Shown here: positions 48,301-52,874 of the stretch, one piece after another
Layout of the letters: each line of letters begins with the position of its first letter
Numbering within the stretch: position 1 is the stretch's first letter
DNA from: Candidatus Tayloriibacteriota bacterium
GTDB lineage: Bacteria; Patescibacteriota; Minisyncoccia; Phycocordibacterales; CAIZLB01
Length of the DNA: 52,874 bases
Direction: 5' to 3'
Assembly: GCA_018883165.1 (NCBI GenBank)
Contig: VEQN01000005.1
Location: 1-52,874 of the forward strand
Notes under the pieces: generated by a model
What the model saw: only the letters and a program-made list of their open reading frames with translations
The model's database searches: none
What the model was told of the DNA's origin: nothing
Translations under genes and position numbers: made by a program

Positions 48301-49035
48301 CTAGTTTATAGCAAAAGAAGCTCTCACTGTCACCATCACATCTTTCTCAATACTTGATGTATCGTATGCCCCGTAGTCTGAGACTTCATTTGTACCCCTC
48401 TGCAATACTTGAACCACACCACCGGTGGCAGATTTTAGTTTTCCTACAGAACTTCCTGAAACGCTTGAGATTGATTCAGCTCGAGCACGTGCATCCTTCA
48501 ATGCATCAGAAAGGAGTTTTACTCGCACTGTCGCAAGACCAGAGTAAGAGTACTCTGGTGCCATTGCTGCAAGCATCACACCTTTTTCAATGATATCTTT
48601 TGTGTTTTTTGAAATCGCAGCGACCCGCTCTACATCATTAGATATGACAGTTACTGTCTGTCTTAATGTGTATTTCTTAAATTCAGGAGCTGGTGTCACA
48701 TTTTCATACACCTCATCCATATATATAGTAGAGATATCTAGTTTTGTTTCTTCAAATCCATTACTTACAAAAAACTTTTTGATAATCTGCAAGTCCCTAT
48801 CAAGCTGTACATACCCTTCCTTAACTGTTGTTGCGGTTACTGGTCTAGAAAAATTTACTGTCCATTTTGCTTGATCTGCTGTAATTGATTGCTTAGCAGA
48901 ACCTGTTACAGACAAAACGTTGTCCATAGTTCGTATCTTGTATGCCGCAGATGATGCGATTACAGCTGATAGTAAAAGTGACAGAGCAAGCACCAATGAT
49001 GCTGCTACGAGTGGTTGTTTAAATAAGTCTTTCAT
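48301..49035 (-). CDS. SIMPL (DUF541) domain protein, second subtype
   Basis: SVTGSA...I.AD...W, DA.ARA, G.L.SA..GV.Q, YD.SSIEK; start ATG 49035. Confidence 0.85.
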   Translation of the reverse strand: MKDLFKQPLVAASLVLALSLLLSAVIASSAAYKIRTMDNVLSVTGSAKQSITADQAKWTVNFSRPVTATTVKEGYVQLDRDLQIIKKFFVSNGFEETKLDISTIYMDEVYENVTPAPEFKKYTLRQTVTVISNDVERVAAISKNTKDIIEKGVMLAAMAPEYSYSGLATVRVKLLSDALKDARARAESISSVSGSSVGKLKSATGGVVQVLQRGTNEVSDYGAYDTSSIEKDVMVTVRASFAIN

Positions 49036-49045
49036 AACCAATAGT

Positions 49046-49831
49046 TTACCATAAGAAAAACAGAGCGTAGACAACAGCAATTATAATCCGGTAGTACCCA
49101 AACACAGCAAAGGAATTCTTTTGTATATATAGTAAGAAATACCTCACCACAACAAGGGCCACAAGAAACGCTGTGATAAACCCGGTAGCCAGTAGAGTGA
49201 GATTACCTTCACTTATAATCTCCGGATGCTTGTATATATCCAACGCACTTGCCGCAAGCATCGTTGGAATGGCTAACAAGAAAGAAAACTCTACGATTGT
49301 CTTACGTGGAATCCGCAATGTCTCTCCTCCAATAATAGTAGCAGCGGATCGAGAAACACCAGGTATCATTGCCAAGGTCTGCCAAAGGCCAATAATTACC
49401 GATTGTTTGTACGACACTTGTTTGAATATATTTCCCTCTACTACACCCACCTCATCAGCCTTGGTGTAGTATTTCTCAAACAAGATGATTGCTAGTCCTC
49501 CAACGAACAAAGAAATAACCACAACCCATGGGTTACCAAGCAGGAGTCTCTTCACAAGACCATATAGCATAAATCCAATAATCGCTGTTGGTATAAATGC
49601 CAAAAGAACCTTGAGCATTGAATGTATATCTTTAACGATTGTTTTTCGGTACAAATACACAATGGCTAATATTGCACCCAGTTGTATAATCACTTCAAAA
49701 CTTTTAGTAAACGGGTCCTTTGAGATATCCAACAGATGGCTGGTTAGAATCATGTGTCCAGTTGATGACACAGGCAAGAATTCTGTTATCCCCTCTACAA
49801 CCCCTAATATAATGGAATCAAAGATATTCAT
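49046..49831 (-). CDS. uppP: Undecaprenyl-diphosphatase
   Basis: G.VEG.TEFLPVSSTGH, IQLG, PG.SRS..TI, FSFLL.IP. Confidence 0.97.
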   Translation of the reverse strand: MNIFDSIILGVVEGITEFLPVSSTGHMILTSHLLDISKDPFTKSFEVIIQLGAILAIVYLYRKTIVKDIHSMLKVLLAFIPTAIIGFMLYGLVKRLLLGNPWVVVISLFVGGLAIILFEKYYTKADEVGVVEGNIFKQVSYKQSVIIGLWQTLAMIPGVSRSAATIIGGETLRIPRKTIVEFSFLLAIPTMLAASALDIYKHPEIISEGNLTLLATGFITAFLVALVVVRYFLLYIQKNSFAVFGYYRIIIAVVYALFFLW

Positions 49832-49833
49832 AA

Positions 49834-50376
49834 TTATTTAAAAAATAAAACTGATATTGCAAATATAATTGCGCCAACGGCAAATCCGGCAATTACATCA
49901 GTAAAGTAATGTACTCCTAGGTACACCCTACTAAGACCAACTAATATAATTAGACCTACGCATAATGAGACAAAAAGATATCTCAAAAAACGGTTCTGAA
50001 TGTGACTTTTGTATGCATGTGCAATTAATAAAAAAAATATTACTGAGATACCTGCATGTCCACTTGCAAAGGTGTACCCTGACTCAGTTATGAGTGCATG
50101 TTCTGGTCTAGGTAATTTAAAACCATACTTTAATACAAAAATACTAAAAGCTCCTGAGAGCATCGCAAATGAAAACTGTAGCAGGTGTGTATCCTTCTTT
50201 TGCAGCCACAACAAAAGCACCAATGCGACCGTATACATTGCAAGGTGCACAGGATCGAAGAAGTCACTTACATATACCATACACTTAATTCCAAAAGGAG
50301 TATGATATTCTGACAGAAACCTAAACAACCACTCGTCAAGAATTCCCAACGTATCTGAAACTGTACCTATCATCAT
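49834..50376 (-). CDS. PAP2-family phosphatase
   Basis: K......RP, F.SGH, SRVYLGVH..DV. Confidence 0.92.
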   Translation of the reverse strand: MMIGTVSDTLGILDEWLFRFLSEYHTPFGIKCMVYVSDFFDPVHLAMYTVALVLLLWLQKKDTHLLQFSFAMLSGAFSIFVLKYGFKLPRPEHALITESGYTFASGHAGISVIFFLLIAHAYKSHIQNRFLRYLFVSLCVGLIILVGLSRVYLGVHYFTDVIAGFAVGAIIFAISVLFFK

Positions 50377-50427
50377 ATGATTTCAGTATACTACAAAAAA
50401 CTGGTTTTTTTCTGATATACTCTGGTC

Positions 50428-51540
50428 ATGAAATACGTGCCACTCTTACTTCTCCTAGTACTACCGACACCAACACATGCATCTGAAATGTTCATATCTC
50501 CGGGAGAAAAGACAAGAATTGAGGAAATGGTTGATAAGATCATTGAAATAAACACCAACACAAGCTCAACATCAACTAATAATAATGAGGCCAAACTTGA
50601 TGAAATCACGGGCTTAAAGATATTTGAAGAAATAGAAACCTCAACAACAACACTGACCATTCAAGCACCCATGATTAAACTATGGCAGGCATCAGGAGGT
50701 ATCCGCTCAACATTAAAGACTGGTATGAAAAGCAATGAAGTAGTCATACTCCAAGGACTACTCAGTGCATATATTCCTGATTTCAGAAACACATTCGTAT
50801 CTGGATATTTTGGAGCAAAGACAAGAGATGCGGTAAAAAAGTTTCAAAAAATGTATTCACTCCCAGAGACCGGTACGGTTGGTGCAAAAACCAGAGAAGT
50901 CATGAACTCAAAATACCTCATGGATTTATGCCCTTTCAAAAATACAACCCCGAAATTTTTTGAAAATCTAGATAGAAAAACCGCTGTTGCCATAGACTAT
51001 GTCCCTGGTGAACTTATGGTTTTACCTAAAAATATCAGAACTGCCGGTATCGTCTGCCTATCAAAAGAACCAGCCGATCATCTTTCTGAGATGGTGAAAG
51101 CTGCAAAGAAGGCAGGTCATGAACTTATCATACTCTCAGGGTATCGAAGGTATGAGGTTCAGAAACTCCTAAAAGAATGGGGTGTTAAAAATAATATTGA
51201 GGTAGAAGAACATGAAGCAATAGGTCTTGCTGAGGCTGGACACTCCGAACATCAATTAGGATCAACTGTAGACATATCGGGGAAAAGTCTCTCGTACATA
51301 GGTCCAAGCACTGCGTTTGGTAAAACACCTGAAGGTATATGGCTTCAGCAAAACTCGTATAAGTACGGCTTCATCATGAGCTATCCTAAAGGTAAGGAGA
51401 ACATTACTGGATATATATATGAACCGTGGCACTTTAGATATATTGGAAAAGATAGTGCAGAAAAGATATTTACAGAGAATATGACGATTCAAGAATACTT
51501 GAATATGACTAAAAAGACTACCGTTCAAAACGAATCATAG
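50428..51540 (+). CDS. Peptidoglycan-binding domain plus M15B (VanY-like) carboxypeptidase
   Basis: GYFGAKTRDAV..FQ...TG.VG..T; SGYR, G.SEHQLG..VD, YEPWH.RY.G. Confidence 0.93.
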   Translation: MKYVPLLLLLVLPTPTHASEMFISPGEKTRIEEMVDKIIEINTNTSSTSTNNNEAKLDEITGLKIFEEIETSTTTLTIQAPMIKLWQASGGIRSTLKTGMKSNEVVILQGLLSAYIPDFRNTFVSGYFGAKTRDAVKKFQKMYSLPETGTVGAKTREVMNSKYLMDLCPFKNTTPKFFENLDRKTAVAIDYVPGELMVLPKNIRTAGIVCLSKEPADHLSEMVKAAKKAGHELIILSGYRRYEVQKLLKEWGVKNNIEVEEHEAIGLAEAGHSEHQLGSTVDISGKSLSYIGPSTAFGKTPEGIWLQQNSYKYGFIMSYPKGKENITGYIYEPWHFRYIGKDSAEKIFTENMTIQEYLNMTKKTTVQNES

Positions 51541-52090
51541 ACCCATCAGCTTGGAGCACAGTCAATTTCATATCATTTAGAAGAATTACCTTGTGTAACA
51601 ACACATCAACCTTCTTCCCTCCTTCATATTGATTTCTAACAATGTAGTATGAGCTTGAATTAGAAGGAGTAATGAATGAGACCGTATCTGTCGCAACTGG
51701 TTCTGACCCATATTCAAAATCATTCTTTTTCACACTGGCCCTCCAAAGACCATACCCTACCGTCTTACCGTTTCTAAACTCCACAAACGAATTATCTGTC
51801 TCAAACCGAAGCACGTACTCTGGATCTAATGGGTTCTTCCAATCTCCAAGCACATGTTGATTAATTGTTTGAAGCGCATCAGCATCTTCTTGTGTTAACA
51901 CTTTAATATCTTCAACTGCTTTACTTTGCATAGTATCAGTGACGGTTGATGTCTGGATTATTTCTTCTGCCCGATGGTTGTAGTTTCGAACTACAAGAGT
52001 TAAGAAGACAGGAAATAGTCCAAAGATAAAGAGTGCTATAAGTAGCTTAGTAGCAAAAACAAAGAAACCTGAACCCTGTTCTTTATGCAT
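51518..52090 (-). CDS. Membrane-anchored hypothetical protein (lipocalin-like G.W beta barrel)
   Basis: N-terminal TM; LGDW...L.F....F.E...G.W pattern. Confidence 0.6.
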   Translation of the reverse strand: MHKEQGSGFFVFATKLLIALFIFGLFPVFLTLVVRNYNHRAEEIIQTSTVTDTMQSKAVEDIKVLTQEDADALQTINQHVLGDWKNPLDPEYVLRFETDNSFVEFRNGKTVGYGLWRASVKKNDFEYGSEPVATDTVSFITPSNSSSYYIVRNQYEGGKKVDVLLHKVILLNDMKLTVLQADGSMIRFER

Positions 52091-52153
52091 ATGTATTTGA
52101 TTATAACAAAAAAGAGTCTGCTTATTTATTGCAAGAATCTTTTTTGTGTATAT

Positions 52154-52874
52154 CTACCGGACAATAGAAAACGCACTGTCACTCTGATCAGATCCGATTG
52201 AGACACCAGACACATCAACCATATGTACCTCAATTTTATACTTTTTTGTATCAGTATCACCAATACCCCAGATGGCACCATCTCCTGATCCGACAATACC
52301 ATTGATTGGAGGTGTCCATATATATGAGGAGTTTATCTTACTCACTGATGCAATTCTCTGCTTCTTGTTAGTAACCGTATCAATTATATACACATCATAT
52401 CCATGCAAATTCATGGGTAAAGTTTTAACTGACCATCTAGCCGTTAATGTATTACCGATTCTCACTTTTGCATTTGCTGCTGGAGCTGTCACAGTAACCA
52501 ATGATGGTTTAGCTACAACATCAAACATATCTGACTCAGATACAATTCGGGCACCGTTCTTTGGTGTGCTATATGCTTTTATCTTATAGCTTCCAGGTAC
52601 GATCTCTGAGTTAAGCTTAGTCTGTATAGATGTATCAGAAATCTTAGTACTTGAAGCTGAGATATTTTGTACCACCTTTCCAGACTTATTAAGCAATTCA
52701 ATAAAGATTGGTTGGTTTGTATTAGATGTACTCGCATATGTCCACTCAACACGTATCATCTCCCCTATTTCAATTTTTGTTCCCTTAGTTGGTTTTATCA
52801 ACTGAAGACCATCTGTCTTTTTACTTATACTAAACGCTCGGTTACTCATATCTACCGATATCGCTTTACCCCTT
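52154..52874 (-). CDS. Surface protein with tandem ~110-aa Ig-like repeats, 5' end outside the window
   Basis: Frame is open to the window edge (RGKAISVDMSNRAFSI); repeats begin P....G.....W and end D.S...F.I. Confidence 0.75.
   Translation of the reverse strand, partial: RGKAISVDMSNRAFSISKKTDGLQLIKPTKGTKIEIGEMIRVEWTYASTSNTNQPIFIELLNKSGKVVQNISASSTKISDTSIQTKLNSEIVPGSYKIKAYSTPKNGARIVSESDMFDVVAKPSLVTVTAPAANAKVRIGNTLTARWSVKTLPMNLHGYDVYIIDTVTNKKQRIASVSKINSSYIWTPPINGIVGSGDGAIWGIGDTDTKKYKIEVHMVDVSGVSIGSDQSDSAFSIVR

Overview
Core-genome segment of a small-genome bacterium that looks like Parcubacteria (CPR/Patescibacteria, OD1). This assignment is inferred from gene content, the CPR-type AWSENIGW and peptidoglycan-binding surface proteins, the absence of rplA beside rplK and the near-absence of Shine-Dalgarno sites; TGA is used as stop. 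The window holds a 23S rRNA gene (3' end cut by the window) with a 380-nt group I intron at E. coli position 2593, transcribed from its own consensus promoter with no 16S upstream. It also holds rplJL with an L10 leader, ftsK, recA, efp, rpsF-ssb-rpsR, tatD, four aminoacyl-tRNA synthetases (metG, glyQS, ileS, argS), trhO, recO, a thyA-folA-dCMP deaminase-dut operon, secE-nusG-rplK, folD, uppP and many envelope proteins. No CRISPR array, transposase, integrase or canonical tRNA was seen. The best candidates for new biology are: (1) a helical-bundle/winged-helix protein divergent from ftsK, lying in a cluster of about 15 TATAAAAGACA-like boxes (full site TGTC-N10-GACA) written into its own gene and the FtsK linker, resembling a centromere/iteron system; (2) a ~240-nt structured, partly tRNA-like RNA in the leader of the unlinked 23S gene; (3) an IleRS with an intact histidine-phosphatase domain inserted; (4) an intron with a split or competing 5' splice-site pairing and a mini-ORF; (5) widespread leaderless gene starts. 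All calls are from manual reading; no searches or folding programs were run.
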